DNA from: an uncultured virus (IMG/VR IMGVR_UViG_3300005512_000013)
Lineage: Duplodnaviria > Heunggongvirae > Uroviricota > Caudoviricetes
Strand: one strand, 5' to 3'
Virus record (IMG/VR): IMGVR_UViG_3300005512_000013
DNA length: 64,000 nt
The translations under genes and the position numbers were made by a program. This document shows, piece after piece, positions 29,763-39,590 of this stretch; position 1 is the stretch's first letter; every line of letters starts with the position of its first letter. Under the pieces are notes generated by a model, which did no database searches, had not been told where the DNA came from, and saw only the letters and a list, made by a program, of their open reading frames with translations.

Positions 29763-30674
29763 TTAGACTGGTCGACTGCTGCCGCCGCCGTAGTCAATGC
29801 GGGTCTTCTTCTGACCCCCACCAATACTGCCGTGGCTCTGTCGAGCAAGGTTTTGTTTATCTTCTTCAATAGATTTCTGAATAGCCTGCTTGCCCTTGGC
29901 TGCTTCAGCAGCGAGAGCGTCAGACTTCAGCTGTGCCTGAGCTTCCTGGTTCTGGAAGGACTCAGCTTGTGCCCGTGCAGCTTCAGCCCGGAGCGTGCGC
30001 TCGTCGGTGATGGCCTGCAGGGACATGTCTCGAACTTGGTTAGTCATTTTGTTCTGGAAATTCTTCAGACCACCGAACACCTCATAGGGGTCGATGATTC
30101 CAGCATCGGCTGACGCTCTCATCTGAGCGCCGGTCTCTGCGCCAAAGGCTTCTTCCCAGAAGGTATCCTGATTCAGGTCTCGGCTGAGGTATCCAAAGGG
30201 ATCCTCAATGCCAGCGCCTGCATCTTCGAAGGCCTGCCGGTTCGCTCGGTCCACCGCCATAGCGGAAGAGCTGTCGAACGTGTCGGCATTGACAACCTCG
30301 CCGGTGACGGGGTCGACATAGTCAGCCATCATAGGCGTGGCCCCGGGGGTGTTCCCCATGGCCTCGTCAAGCATACCCATGGCGCGCATCTTATCTTGGA
30401 TGCCTCGCTCAACTGCAGCAGCATGCTCACCTCTCGAGGAGAATCGTCTCTCACCACTGAGACCACCGAGGATCTCATCGGCCTGGATAAGACCACCGGC
30501 CTGTCGGCCGAGGACCTCAGCCATGCTGTCTTCCGGGATCGCACTGAGTTTGTTCTCGTGCACACCAGTAAGACGCTGGACAACTGAGTTGCCCCGGGCC
30601 AGGTGATGGTCAGACATTCTCTGGTATAGAGACTTGAGTGCGGCTGTCTCGAATCGTTCTGGTTCTTCAGCCAT
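29763..30674 (-). CDS. Hypothetical (probably virion) protein, ~303 aa
   Basis: AAGGA RBS before MAEEPERF. Confidence 0.6.
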   Translation of the reverse strand: MAEEPERFETAALKSLYQRMSDHHLARGNSVVQRLTGVHENKLSAIPEDSMAEVLGRQAGGLIQADEILGGLSGERRFSSRGEHAAAVERGIQDKMRAMGMLDEAMGNTPGATPMMADYVDPVTGEVVNADTFDSSSAMAVDRANRQAFEDAGAGIEDPFGYLSRDLNQDTFWEEAFGAETGAQMRASADAGIIDPYEVFGGLKNFQNKMTNQVRDMSLQAITDERTLRAEAARAQAESFQNQEAQAQLKSDALAAEAAKGKQAIQKSIEEDKQNLARQSHGSIGGGQKKTRIDYGGGSSRPV

Positions 30675-30858
30675 TGTTGTTGTCCTTATTCTGTCGCCTG
30701 TACTCCATCTCAATGCGAGTGGCGATCTCCTCAGTCCACTGAGCAATCAGTGCCAGCTCATGCGTCTCCTGAGGAGTCGTCTTGGGCGTCACTTCCGGCT
30801 TCCAGCTTCTTACTAGAGGAGCGAGATCTCTTGGATCCCATAGATTGAATTTGTTCAT
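30667..30858 (-). CDS. Hypothetical protein (63 aa)
   Basis: Protein-like ORF whose stop overlaps the next start; also overlaps 30758-30970 in another frame. Confidence 0.45.
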   Translation of the reverse strand: MNKFNLWDPRDLAPLVRSWKPEVTPKTTPQETHELALIAQWTEEIATRIEMEYRRQNKDNNNG

Positions 30859-30970
30859 TAATCTTATCCAGTTCAGTAAAGATGGAGCCGAGCAAAAGCT
30901 TCAGGTCCCCTGCGGCAAGGGGCTGGGTGTTAGCCGAGACCCGCCGCTGCCAATACTTAGCGTCATACAT
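30758..30970 (-). CDS. Hypothetical protein (70 aa)
   Basis: ATG after an intergenic terminator; amphipathic helix. Confidence 0.5.
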   Translation of the reverse strand: MYDAKYWQRRVSANTQPLAAGDLKLLLGSIFTELDKINEQIQSMGSKRSRSSSKKLEAGSDAQDDSSGDA

Positions 30971-31005
30971 TTATAATTATCCATTTCGTGTTTAGAGAGA
31001 ACTGT

Positions 31006-31038
31006 AAAAGGGCCCCCGGGATTAAACCCGAGGACCCT
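31006..31038 (-). terminator. Intrinsic terminator-like hairpin
   Basis: Minus strand AGGGTCCTCGGG-loop-CCCGGGGGCCCT followed by TTT. Confidence 0.5.
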
Positions 31039-31047
31039 AGAAAGGAA

Positions 31048-31275
31048 TCAACCATTGAGAAGGCGGCTGATTTGATCGCGGAGCTCCAGTAGCTCAGCTT
31101 CCAGTCGGCGCACCGTCAGATCGAGGGGCTCCGAGAACATGTGGCTCTCAGCCGACATGCTCTCAGGACACCCAAAGGTACAGGACTCACAGTCGAAGCT
31201 GTCTTCAGCTCCGCAGACCCCATTGCCGCTACACTCGAGCGGCTCTGGGCAGCCATCAGGCTTTGAACATTCCAT
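31048..31275 (-). CDS. Cys-rich small protein with C-terminal coiled coil
   Basis: AAGGAG RBS; 7 Cys in the first 36 aa. Confidence 0.6.
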   Translation of the reverse strand: MECSKPDGCPEPLECSGNGVCGAEDSFDCESCTFGCPESMSAESHMFSEPLDLTVRRLEAELLELRDQISRLLNG

Positions 31276-31359
31276 AATACTCTCCTTAATTAAATTAGCA
31301 TTTGATAAGCTAAGGCTTCCTACATAGTGGGAGACCTTAGATTGTCTATTTTTTGCTAC

Positions 31360-31381
31360 ATACTACTAAGCCATACAACCT
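31360..31381 (-). promoter_or_regulatory. Putative phage RNAP promoter, copy 1 (late module)
   Basis: AGGTTGTATGGCTTAGTAGTAT, identical at 45282-45303 and 59037-59058; all three copies are intergenic. Confidence 0.7.
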
Positions 31382-31389
31382 TCCTGGGG

Positions 31390-32187
31390 TCAAAAACCGG
31401 GGGTCCAGAGGATGGGTTCCCAGTCCTCCGTGACCTCTCCGTCCCTCAGGATCCGGACACAGCGGGCCTGGGATAGGGCATATTCCTCCCCGTGACCCAG
31501 GCTCCAGCCGTACTTATCCTCGAGCAGCTCACTCCGAGTGCCGGAGATCTGCTTGCCCGTGGACTTGGACTTCCACTTGACAGTATCGTACTCAATGTCA
31601 CAGTAGTACTGCAGGATGGCGGCGGACCACTCTTCAGGGGGCCGCTCGTCAAGGAACTTGGTGGCAGCCTTGGCACCACACCGGTGGATACCAGGGATAT
31701 TATCAGCCGAGTCTCCCTTCAGCCACTGCTCACAGAAGTTTCGGTGGGCATCAAGCTGCGAGAACACCACCGGGAAGCCAGTCTTCTCTGGGTCCCAGAA
31801 GAGACCAGGTACAGACTGGAGGTCCTTGTCCTTGGTGACACAGGCAGTACCGTGTCGGGACATGAACACTCCCAGGATATCATCCGCCTCAAGGCGGGGC
31901 TTCTTGATGGTGTCATAGTGTTCCGTGATCCACTCGATGGTGGCACGGAGGTGAGTAGGCGAAGCCTTGGCGTCGCGATGCGCCTTGTAGGCAGGCCAGA
32001 AGTCTCGTCTATAATTGTCATCTCGTCCACACGAGAAGGCGACAATCTGAGGGCCGAGCCCAGGATCCCATAGGCTCAGGTCTTGCGTGAGCCGCTCCTC
32101 CATGTGCTCGATACCATGGTTCTCGAAGTGACACGCTGCCTTGAAGGCAAGCAGATCACCGTCAACAATACTAGCGTAATCAGTCAT
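31390..32187 (-). CDS. 5'-3' exonuclease (gp6-like)
   Basis: IVDGDLLAF, YKAHR, LEADD, KDKDLQSVPG and GDSADNIPG. Confidence 0.92.
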   Translation of the reverse strand: MTDYASIVDGDLLAFKAACHFENHGIEHMEERLTQDLSLWDPGLGPQIVAFSCGRDDNYRRDFWPAYKAHRDAKASPTHLRATIEWITEHYDTIKKPRLEADDILGVFMSRHGTACVTKDKDLQSVPGLFWDPEKTGFPVVFSQLDAHRNFCEQWLKGDSADNIPGIHRCGAKAATKFLDERPPEEWSAAILQYYCDIEYDTVKWKSKSTGKQISGTRSELLEDKYGWSLGHGEEYALSQARCVRILRDGEVTEDWEPILWTPGF

Positions 32188-32905
32188 CGTCATCATCTCC
32201 AAGCTTGTCCTCGAGGTCATCAAGGAGATCATCAAGTTCCCGAGCGATCTTTTCCTGGTCAACGGGGCGGTTTTCGAGCTGGGCATTACACCCTTCGCAG
32301 TCACACACCGCATCCTTGTCACCAGGGAAAGCAATCAGGTTCTTCATAACAGCAGCAGCCCACTTCCGGATATCTTCCGGGGAGCCCTCGTTCCTAACCA
32401 CGTAGTCAAACATCTGTTCGGCCAGGGTAGGCTCTCCGATCAGGGTGTTAGCCAGCATCTCTGACTCGTGCGTGCGCCACTCGGCATCAGCCTCGGGCAG
32501 CTCGCGGCTGCCTGGGGTCAGAAAGAAAGTATAGCCGCCACTCTTTGAGATTAGAGTGTGCTCATTCTCGTAGCGGACATCGTCTGCGATCACAAGCAGG
32601 GGCTTCTCGCTCTTGTCGTTCTCGAAGTGTCCTTGCCGCACGTCACTGAGGTCCTCGAGCCACCGCTTGAGCCAGTGCCTCGGGTCCTCTGCTCTCATCT
32701 CTGCGCCGTGGGTCTGGCAGAACTCCCGATACTTCTCAGGGTTCTCTTCCTTACCATAGCCACGTTCCTTAGCTTCCCTCTTGAGGGGACCAGCAAAGGG
32801 AAGCACAACGACTTCCCATCCCATACGCTCCGCCTCAGTCTTAAGGGCATCAGTCGTGAAGGACTTACCAACACGAGCAGGCCCAGCGAATCCAACTACT
32901 TGCAT
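32180..32905 (-). CDS. Deoxynucleoside monophosphate kinase
   Basis: GPARVGKS P-loop, FAGPLK, DDVRYENE and HESE. Confidence 0.8.
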   Translation of the reverse strand: MQVVGFAGPARVGKSFTTDALKTEAERMGWEVVVLPFAGPLKREAKERGYGKEENPEKYREFCQTHGAEMRAEDPRHWLKRWLEDLSDVRQGHFENDKSEKPLLVIADDVRYENEHTLISKSGGYTFFLTPGSRELPEADAEWRTHESEMLANTLIGEPTLAEQMFDYVVRNEGSPEDIRKWAAAVMKNLIAFPGDKDAVCDCEGCNAQLENRPVDQEKIARELDDLLDDLEDKLGDDDDD

Positions 32906-33351
32906 TTGTAATCCTCCGAACTAATAAACAATTCGTCGGTCACCGCCGTATCGGGCAGCTCCCAACCATAGTATGCCGCTGCTGCTCGTACTTCCTTGAC
33001 GCACCCGTTGGGGCGCCAGTCAGGGAACAGCCAGCGGAAGCCATACCACCAAAGGATCGTCTCGTATGAGACCATCCGGGAGGTAGGCATAGGTATCCCA
33101 GGCATGGTGGTCTCTCCGATGTATACGGAGTCTACCTTATTGAACTGGTTGGTGGCAGAGTAGGCTCTCTCGAGCGTGTCTGTCTTGTACCAGTTGGCTT
33201 TCTCGGCGTCGACATGGAGCGAGAGGTCCCCGACTTCAAGGGTGACGTGTGTCCTACGGACGTGACGCCCCATCCATCGGGCCCTCCAGCAAGTACCGAC
33301 CCACCCAGTAAGCCAGATCTCCTTCGGCTGGCTCAGTGTGTATCGGCCCAT
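32896..33351 (-). CDS. Hypothetical protein, possibly permuted papain-like (NlpC/P60) fold
   Basis: THV...NGCVKEV order (His before Cys); overlaps both neighbours. Confidence 0.4.
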   Translation of the reverse strand: MGRYTLSQPKEIWLTGWVGTCWRARWMGRHVRRTHVTLEVGDLSLHVDAEKANWYKTDTLERAYSATNQFNKVDSVYIGETTMPGIPMPTSRMVSYETILWWYGFRWLFPDWRPNGCVKEVRAAAAYYGWELPDTAVTDELFISSEDYKCK

Positions 33352-35135
33352 GATGCTCCAATCTGATACTCCGCTTCCACGGGCATCTTAATGTCCAGGC
33401 GTTGGCCTGCCTCGAGTGCCGAGGCAATGACAATCTCTCCAGCCTGCTCAGCAATATCCTTGGGACAGGAGTACTGCAGCTCATCGTGGACGTATGCCAT
33501 TTGCTTAACAATATTATAACCGAACTCCTTGGTCAGGTTCTTGTGGGCAACGATCATCCAGTACTTACTGACGATCGCGCCTGCGCCCTGGAGCAAGGTG
33601 TTCAATGCTGCATGAGGTGAGCGCACCGGGACCTTGCGGCCGTCGGGTAGCGTCACGTTGTTGTAGGTCTCAGCCTCGTCGCCCACTGCGGTGAGCAGCT
33701 GCTTCAGAGCAGGGAGGTTCTCCAGGAACTGATTCTTGAGAGCCTTACCCTGTCGTGCTGAGCCGCCCACAATCTGTCCGACCTTGGCATCGCCGGCTCC
33801 ATAGAGGAAGCCATAGATAAAGGTCTTCGCTTGGTTGCGGGACTCGAGACCGGCAGCCTGCTGGTTAGCCGTGTGGATGTCACCATTGAGGATGAGATCC
33901 GCGTAGGCTCCTCCGTCGAAGCCATGCATGTAGTGTGCTAGCATGCGCAGCTCCAGCCCGGAGAGGTCGGCACCGAGGACAACGTCCCCTGTATGGTGCG
34001 GAACCCAGAGGCTGCGAGCCCGGTGGTCACCCGAGACCTGCGCCATGTTGGGGCCAGCGTGCGTGCATCTACCAGTGGTAGCGCCTTGCACGTTGATGCC
34101 TCCATGGACACGCCCGTCGGGTGAGACATGGGCTCGTTCATTCCAATCCTTTACCTGTCCCTCGAGCTTAGTGATGTCTCGGTAGGTCAGGATGTAATTG
34201 CACTCAGGCATGGTCTCCTTGTACTTGTTAAGCACAATGGTATCACACTGAGGGCTTCCCTTCTCGGTCATCGGGGGCTTGAACCCACCGTTGTACTTCT
34301 CGTTCAGCCGCTCGTACACCTGAAGGTGACTGCCTGGGTTGAACTCAGTGACCCTGGGCTTCAGGGGCTTGCCCGTCTTCTCGGAGATCCGTTCCTCTAC
34401 GAGAGTAGGGAACACCTGTCGGAGGTTGTCCAAGGCCTCAGCCTTAGCCATCATCAGCTCTGCTTCCAGTCGCTCTCCTCCGTCAGCATCATAGCCCCAG
34501 CCGTTCTCCACTTGCTGGGCGCAGATCTTGGTGGCGATCTCTTCGAGTGCATAGGGCTTAAGGTTGCGCTGCAACCAGGCCCACTGCTTCTTCAGGACCT
34601 TGGCGTTAACCTTGACGTCCTGCTCGCAATAGTCCATCATGAACGAAAGATACTCGTGTTCGCTGACGGTGTCGTTGGGTGGGCCGGAGAATGAGTTGTA
34701 CTTAGCCCACTTCATCAGTTCGCCGTGCTCTTCCTTGGGGGTACGCTCTTGCGCCATCCGCAGCAGCGTGCCAGCAAAGTCAGTCTTCGGCTCTCCGAGG
34801 GCATCGCCCCAGGCAGCCAGCCCGTGCCCTGCGATGGGGTTCTTACGGAACCTATCAGGGTACATCATCTTGGAGATGACCAGGGTGTCGGTCATCTTGC
34901 AGGTCAAGGTGATGCCTAGAAGCCTCTCAACCACGGGGTTGTCGAACATGATAATGTTATGTCCGATCAACTCTTTGGCAGTGAGTAGCTTCGCCCTGAA
35001 CTTATCCATCTCATCCTGCTTGAATCGAAACAATTCGCCAGTGTCGTAGTCCATCATCACGGCGAGCCAGATCTTATCTGTCTCTACCATGAAGCCATTG
35101 GACTCGATGTCGTACACGAATCTTTTGTTACTCAT
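33333..35135 (-). CDS. DNA polymerase family A (gp5-like, no thioredoxin-binding loop)
   Basis: Exonuclease DIE, GHNIIMFD, YCEQDV; motif A DLSGLELR, motif B RNQAKTFIYGFLYG, motif C VHDE. Confidence 0.96.
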   Translation of the reverse strand: MSNKRFVYDIESNGFMVETDKIWLAVMMDYDTGELFRFKQDEMDKFRAKLLTAKELIGHNIIMFDNPVVERLLGITLTCKMTDTLVISKMMYPDRFRKNPIAGHGLAAWGDALGEPKTDFAGTLLRMAQERTPKEEHGELMKWAKYNSFSGPPNDTVSEHEYLSFMMDYCEQDVKVNAKVLKKQWAWLQRNLKPYALEEIATKICAQQVENGWGYDADGGERLEAELMMAKAEALDNLRQVFPTLVEERISEKTGKPLKPRVTEFNPGSHLQVYERLNEKYNGGFKPPMTEKGSPQCDTIVLNKYKETMPECNYILTYRDITKLEGQVKDWNERAHVSPDGRVHGGINVQGATTGRCTHAGPNMAQVSGDHRARSLWVPHHTGDVVLGADLSGLELRMLAHYMHGFDGGAYADLILNGDIHTANQQAAGLESRNQAKTFIYGFLYGAGDAKVGQIVGGSARQGKALKNQFLENLPALKQLLTAVGDEAETYNNVTLPDGRKVPVRSPHAALNTLLQGAGAIVSKYWMIVAHKNLTKEFGYNIVKQMAYVHDELQYSCPKDIAEQAGEIVIASALEAGQRLDIKMPVEAEYQIGASWADTH

Positions 35136-36847
35136 CCGGACTCCTCCTTAAATGGGTCGATGTTGGGGACGATCTTGCCGTCCTCCTCTTCGAACTCCAC
35201 GTCACGGAGTCGTCCAGTAGTACGGTCATAGTAGAATGCCGAGGCGGGCCCCACCCGTCCGGTCATACGGTTCTTCAGGACTCGGACAGTCGTGGTATTA
35301 GCCTTGACTTCGTCTGGGTCCTGCCTGTTTCTTTCCAGCATGATCACTGCGTCAGGCACGGAGGCGAGAGAGCCGGCGCCCTTGAGGTCCTGTAGGGTAC
35401 CTCGGCTGCCTTCCTCGTGCGCCTTGTCTGACTTCTTCAGCTGGCTGACGATGTGGATACGCACACCAGTGCGCTCCGCCAGGGACTCGAGACCGCTCAT
35501 GACATTGTCAATGATGATCCGCTCGTTCTGGTTATCGTCAGTGAGCATAGCGTTAGCTAGGGCAGTGATATGGTCGAGGATGATTACGTCACACTCGAGG
35601 GACACTGCCATGTACTCAATGCGGCCGAGGATATTATCCATGGCCTTGCGTCCCATGTGGTTATACATGTAGAGGTTAGTGTCGTTAAGGCTGGCGCGTG
35701 CTGCGTCATACTCCTCCTGGTCAAAGCCAGCAAACTCTACTGCCATGGGGTGCTTGCCTTCCTTCTCTCGGACATGGTTCATGATCTCCATAGCTCGGAC
35801 AACCCGGACAGGGCTGTTGATCTTAAGGGAGATCAAATCATCGAGAGTCTCGGAAGGGCTCTCCTCGAGCATGACCATACCAACTGAACGTCCAGCGTCC
35901 AGGTGATACGCAGCCAGCTCTCGGAGGATGGTGCTCTTGCCGGAGCCAGTGCCGCTGGCCCAGAGGGTCAGGTCAGACTTGGCGTTGCCGACAAGGAACT
36001 TGTTAAGGGACTCCCACGGGTACGGGATCACGCTGTCCATGTCCACGTCGGTGCGTGTGATGCTGGACACGTGCATGATCTCGTCCGGGGAGTAGGGTGA
36101 CGCCTGCCAAATTGCGCTGACGACTTGCTTGGACTGTCCATTCATCAAGCAATCGTTTGCGTCCTTCAACGGAAGGGCGGCAATCTTAGCCTTGCCCGGA
36201 GGCAGGATGGCTGCGACTACCTTAGCTGCGGACTGGCCGGCGTCGTCATTATCAAACATAATAATGATCTCGTTATAGCTGGCGAGGAACTCAAGGTTAT
36301 CCTTGATGGATCGCTCAGCTGACTGCACACCATTGGGAAGGGAGACGACAGGCCAACCGTTGTTAACTTGGTACACCGTCATCGCATCAATCTCTCCCTC
36401 GGTGACAACAATCTTCTTGCCGCCCCGTTCCCATAGGTGCTGGCCGAACAACTCGGCACCTCGTGGGGTGCCCTTCCACTTGAAGTCTTTAGGATCTTCT
36501 TGGCGGACGTGTTGGCCGATCAACTCTCGGTTCTTGTACACAGGTGCGATGTGGAAAGCTCCGCTGTCTCGGCGAGCGATCGTGTACCCAAACTTACGGC
36601 AAGTCTTTTCTTCAATTCCCCGTGACGGGATCGCTTCGTACTCTCCGACGAGTGGCGTCCACGGCTTGGGCTCTCTTTCAACGGGGGTGTTCATCTCATT
36701 GTTTCCTTTGACGTAATGTTTACAGGCAAAGCAGAACTTATGCCCGTCAGAATACACGGCCAGGTTGTCACCTGACCTGTCGTTACCCATCTCCCTACAC
36801 TTAGGGCAAGGTTCTTCGCCGACCTTGTAGCTTTCCTCATCTGTCAT
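35132..36847 (-). CDS. Primase-helicase (gp4-like)
   Basis: CPKC..CFAC zinc ribbon, TOPRIM TEGEIDA/FDND/KDAND, helicase SGTGSGKS and IILDHIT. Confidence 0.96.
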   Translation of the reverse strand: MTDEESYKVGEEPCPKCREMGNDRSGDNLAVYSDGHKFCFACKHYVKGNNEMNTPVEREPKPWTPLVGEYEAIPSRGIEEKTCRKFGYTIARRDSGAFHIAPVYKNRELIGQHVRQEDPKDFKWKGTPRGAELFGQHLWERGGKKIVVTEGEIDAMTVYQVNNGWPVVSLPNGVQSAERSIKDNLEFLASYNEIIIMFDNDDAGQSAAKVVAAILPPGKAKIAALPLKDANDCLMNGQSKQVVSAIWQASPYSPDEIMHVSSITRTDVDMDSVIPYPWESLNKFLVGNAKSDLTLWASGTGSGKSTILRELAAYHLDAGRSVGMVMLEESPSETLDDLISLKINSPVRVVRAMEIMNHVREKEGKHPMAVEFAGFDQEEYDAARASLNDTNLYMYNHMGRKAMDNILGRIEYMAVSLECDVIILDHITALANAMLTDDNQNERIIIDNVMSGLESLAERTGVRIHIVSQLKKSDKAHEEGSRGTLQDLKGAGSLASVPDAVIMLERNRQDPDEVKANTTTVRVLKNRMTGRVGPASAFYYDRTTGRLRDVEFEEEDGKIVPNIDPFKEESG

Positions 36848-37233
36848 GTTAGCTCCCAGTACTCAACAGTAAAGTAACCTTCTTCCCTTTCGGTATCCTC
36901 ACACCATTGCTTGGTGATACGGAGGTCACGGATCTGTTGATCATCTATCCATAGCCGCTCATTCATAGCGTCTAGGATAGCCTTGGCGTAGTTATCAACG
37001 TCAGCCTTAGGGACTACCAGCTTGGTAGTCTTAGGCTTTGTAACGTAACAATTAATCTCGACCCTTAGCGGCTCCCCAGTGGGCTCGTAGCCCACCGGGA
37101 GAGCGCAAGGGACGATACCTGTGCACCTCTCTTTGAATACCTTGTAAGGTCCTGTGAAGTAAGCGTGCCCGAACTTAGAGATACGGGGTCGGCTTGCTGC
37201 AATAGGGTTCAGAGGGAATTCAAACAGTGGCAT
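36844..37233 (-). CDS. rusA: RusA-family Holliday junction resolvase
   Basis: KADVDNYAKAILDAM...WIDDQQI signature. Confidence 0.85.
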   Translation of the reverse strand: MPLFEFPLNPIAASRPRISKFGHAYFTGPYKVFKERCTGIVPCALPVGYEPTGEPLRVEINCYVTKPKTTKLVVPKADVDNYAKAILDAMNERLWIDDQQIRDLRITKQWCEDTEREEGYFTVEYWELT

Positions 37234-37244
37234 GTGCTATCCAA

Positions 37245-37784
37245 TCAGAAGGGGATGCCGTCGTCATCGTCACCCTCGGCCTGTACTTCAGGCTGGGAGG
37301 GGGCGGACTCATTGGTGAATCCACCTTCCACCGCATCAAACGGGCTGCCTCCGGAGAGGTCTCGTTCCTGCTTGGCGATGATCTGCACGGCGCTGAGGTA
37401 GAAACTCACAGCGTCGGGGCGGTTACGTGCCGGGACGGGACCCGAGACACGGACCTTGACGGTGTCGCCACCCATGGGGTCGGCTTCAGTGAGCTGACCG
37501 TTCGCGTCATAGACTCGGTCCATGCGCGTCTTGTTCTCACGGGTGAACGCCGTCGTCTTAAACTTCATAAACTCCCGGTCAGTACCGGCCTGCTTACCCA
37601 TGCCGTTGATGTGAGCGTCAGCTCCGGCGAGCTCAGTGATCTGAGCCTTCAGTTCTGGGGTGAGCCAAACCACAACCTGGTGGCTCAGCGCCCCAGCGTA
37701 GTCGTCAGGCTGTCCGACGGACGCCCACTTGACTTCAACTTCGGGGGTGTTAAACATGTTGTTCTTCTTACTCGTGTATGCCAT
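37245..37784 (-). CDS. Single-stranded DNA-binding protein (gp2.5-like)
   Basis: TP..KWA..PD and LSAVQI motifs; acidic tail ending DDDDGIPF. Confidence 0.85.
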   Translation of the reverse strand: MAYTSKKNNMFNTPEVEVKWASVGQPDDYAGALSHQVVVWLTPELKAQITELAGADAHINGMGKQAGTDREFMKFKTTAFTRENKTRMDRVYDANGQLTEADPMGGDTVKVRVSGPVPARNRPDAVSFYLSAVQIIAKQERDLSGGSPFDAVEGGFTNESAPSQPEVQAEGDDDDGIPF

Positions 37785-37876
37785 CTTGGAAAATCCTTTT
37801 GCTAAAACTTTAGGCTTCTAGCGCAACCTTGTGGAAAGTGACACAGCGTCACAAAAAATCGATCTCATAAAAGCTG

Positions 37877-37905
37877 AAAAATTTTTCAACCAAAATTTGA
37901 AAATT
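37877..37905. promoter_or_regulatory. AT-rich palindromic site TTTTCAA-N7-TTGAAAA, copy A
   Basis: 25/29 identical to 42091-42119. Confidence 0.5.
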
Positions 37906-38596
37906 ACCTGTACTCTTCGAGGTGCAGCGGTTCGAAAGCTGCGTACTCCCCGTCGAGCACGATGCCGCAACCCAGGAGCGGGCGCTTGCTGTAGATCTTA
38001 CTGTAGTTCATGTATGGACTGCGGGGATCTGTACCGCAGCCTACCTGGAGCCCGAAGTACCTTGACTTCTGGTTGGCTCCGTAACAGACACCAGCCTGGG
38101 CATGGAAGTGACCCTGTACAACAGAGGTAAACTCCATGCCAGCGTTGAGGAACGCAGCGTTCTGCTGGTTGCTTCGACCCTTGTCACCGTGGCGGTAGAT
38201 AACGCCGTCGATCTCTAGGTCGTAGTGCCGAGGATGGACGGTCCACCCCTTGGGCAGGTCCATCAGCTGTCCGAGCGACAGCATCATAGACGGAGGGAGT
38301 CCCGCTTCCCTGGCCTGGCGTGCAGGCAGGGCCGTGTGATTACCTGTGAGGTATTCAACGTCGGGGAAGACTTCGGCCAACTCAGCAACCTGAGCTCGTG
38401 CCATGTCCAGCTCACGCTCGATGGACTCGAGGCCGAACTCATTCTGATGGAATGAAATAGCATGGAAGTCTGCGAGGTCGCCGATGTGGACTACGCGATC
38501 ACACTCCCATGCAGTATACATATCCTCCAGGAAGGTGGGGTAGCTGTCCAGCATAGCCGGGCAATGGGTGTCGCCAATAACAAGTACTCTACTCAT
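37904..38596 (-). CDS. Calcineurin-like metallophosphoesterase
   Basis: GDTH, GDLAD, GNH, HGD and GHFH motifs. Confidence 0.85.
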   Translation of the reverse strand: MSRVLVIGDTHCPAMLDSYPTFLEDMYTAWECDRVVHIGDLADFHAISFHQNEFGLESIERELDMARAQVAELAEVFPDVEYLTGNHTALPARQAREAGLPPSMMLSLGQLMDLPKGWTVHPRHYDLEIDGVIYRHGDKGRSNQQNAAFLNAGMEFTSVVQGHFHAQAGVCYGANQKSRYFGLQVGCGTDPRSPYMNYSKIYSKRPLLGCGIVLDGEYAAFEPLHLEEYR

Positions 38597-38949
38597 CAGA
38601 GGTCCTCCTCAGGCCCGCTGAGCCATTCGACCGGGTCGCCGATGTAGTATCGTGCCCGCCACCCACGCTGGGTGCGGTAGGCCTGATACTCGGAGCGCCA
38701 CTGCTGTGCAACGGACGGTCCCACGAACTCATAGTACTCGCCGTTGACCATGTCGCTATAGCCTTGGCGGGCATGAACATCGACATTGCCCAGCCGATGG
38801 TTAACCTGAGTCTCGTTGAGCTCAGCATCGTCATAGTTGTACGGCACCAGAGGAGTACCGTCGGGCAGCTGAGTGGCTGCCTTGCTGGGCATGATCTCGA
38901 GCCGTGTGCCGGCGAGACGCCCAGACTTGAACTTCATATCATAACTCAT
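38596..38949 (-). CDS. Hypothetical protein (117 aa)
   Basis: Translationally coupled ORF. Confidence 0.6.
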   Translation of the reverse strand: MSYDMKFKSGRLAGTRLEIMPSKAATQLPDGTPLVPYNYDDAELNETQVNHRLGNVDVHARQGYSDMVNGEYYEFVGPSVAQQWRSEYQAYRTQRGWRARYYIGDPVEWLSGPEEDL

Positions 38950-39308
38950 TCATTGTCTCCATCTTCGTCGTCCTTGTCGGACTCAATGTCGTCAAGCATA
39001 TTATCAATCCAATCTCGCAGCTCATCTTCGGACATATCTCCGAGCATCTTTTCGATACTGTCCTCAGTAAGCAGCTGATCTTCATCGACATACTTAATAT
39101 CAAAGTCTACATCCATATAGACTTCGTCAACGTCAGGCTTATCGCTTGCGTGGCTCACAAGCATATCAATAACCATGAAGGGCCAGTCCAGGTTAGGCAC
39201 GCCAAGCATGACTTGCGTCTTCTTCTTGGCGTCCACCCTTTCCTGGGCCCACTTGGCGAACTTCTCGATGTCGCCTTCGCAGTGTAGATCAAACCGTACT
39301 GGCTTCAT
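38946..39308 (-). CDS. Acidic hypothetical protein (120 aa)
   Basis: Coupled ORF with an AAGGA RBS. Confidence 0.6.
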   Translation of the reverse strand: MKPVRFDLHCEGDIEKFAKWAQERVDAKKKTQVMLGVPNLDWPFMVIDMLVSHASDKPDVDEVYMDVDFDIKYVDEDQLLTEDSIEKMLGDMSEDELRDWIDNMLDDIESDKDDEDGDNE

Positions 39309-39590
39309 GCCAGGTCCTTCCTGCTAATAACCCATCCCTTAGGGATGACATGAATCTGCCCGCCTGCTTGTCCATCTTCGATGATGGTAGACATGACGGA
39401 CAGGGTGGTGGTAGTCTCGCGAACGAGTACCCCTGCAGTGAGAATCTTAGAGGGCTCCTGTTTAGCAGCCTCATAGAGATCCTCTGCTTCGGTCCAGCTA
39501 GCGTCGCCCTTACAAAAGGCGTCGCCCCAGATGATAGCCACGAAGCGGGGGCTATCATAGTGGCTCTTCAGCCAGGCTTCGGCTTCCTCA
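39305..39590 (-). CDS. Small phage protein with IxWxDA...IPxG pattern (start uncertain)
   Basis: The 3' part of ORF 39305-39793 reads as a real protein (VAIIWGDA..W..GVLVRE..VIPKGW). Confidence 0.5.
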
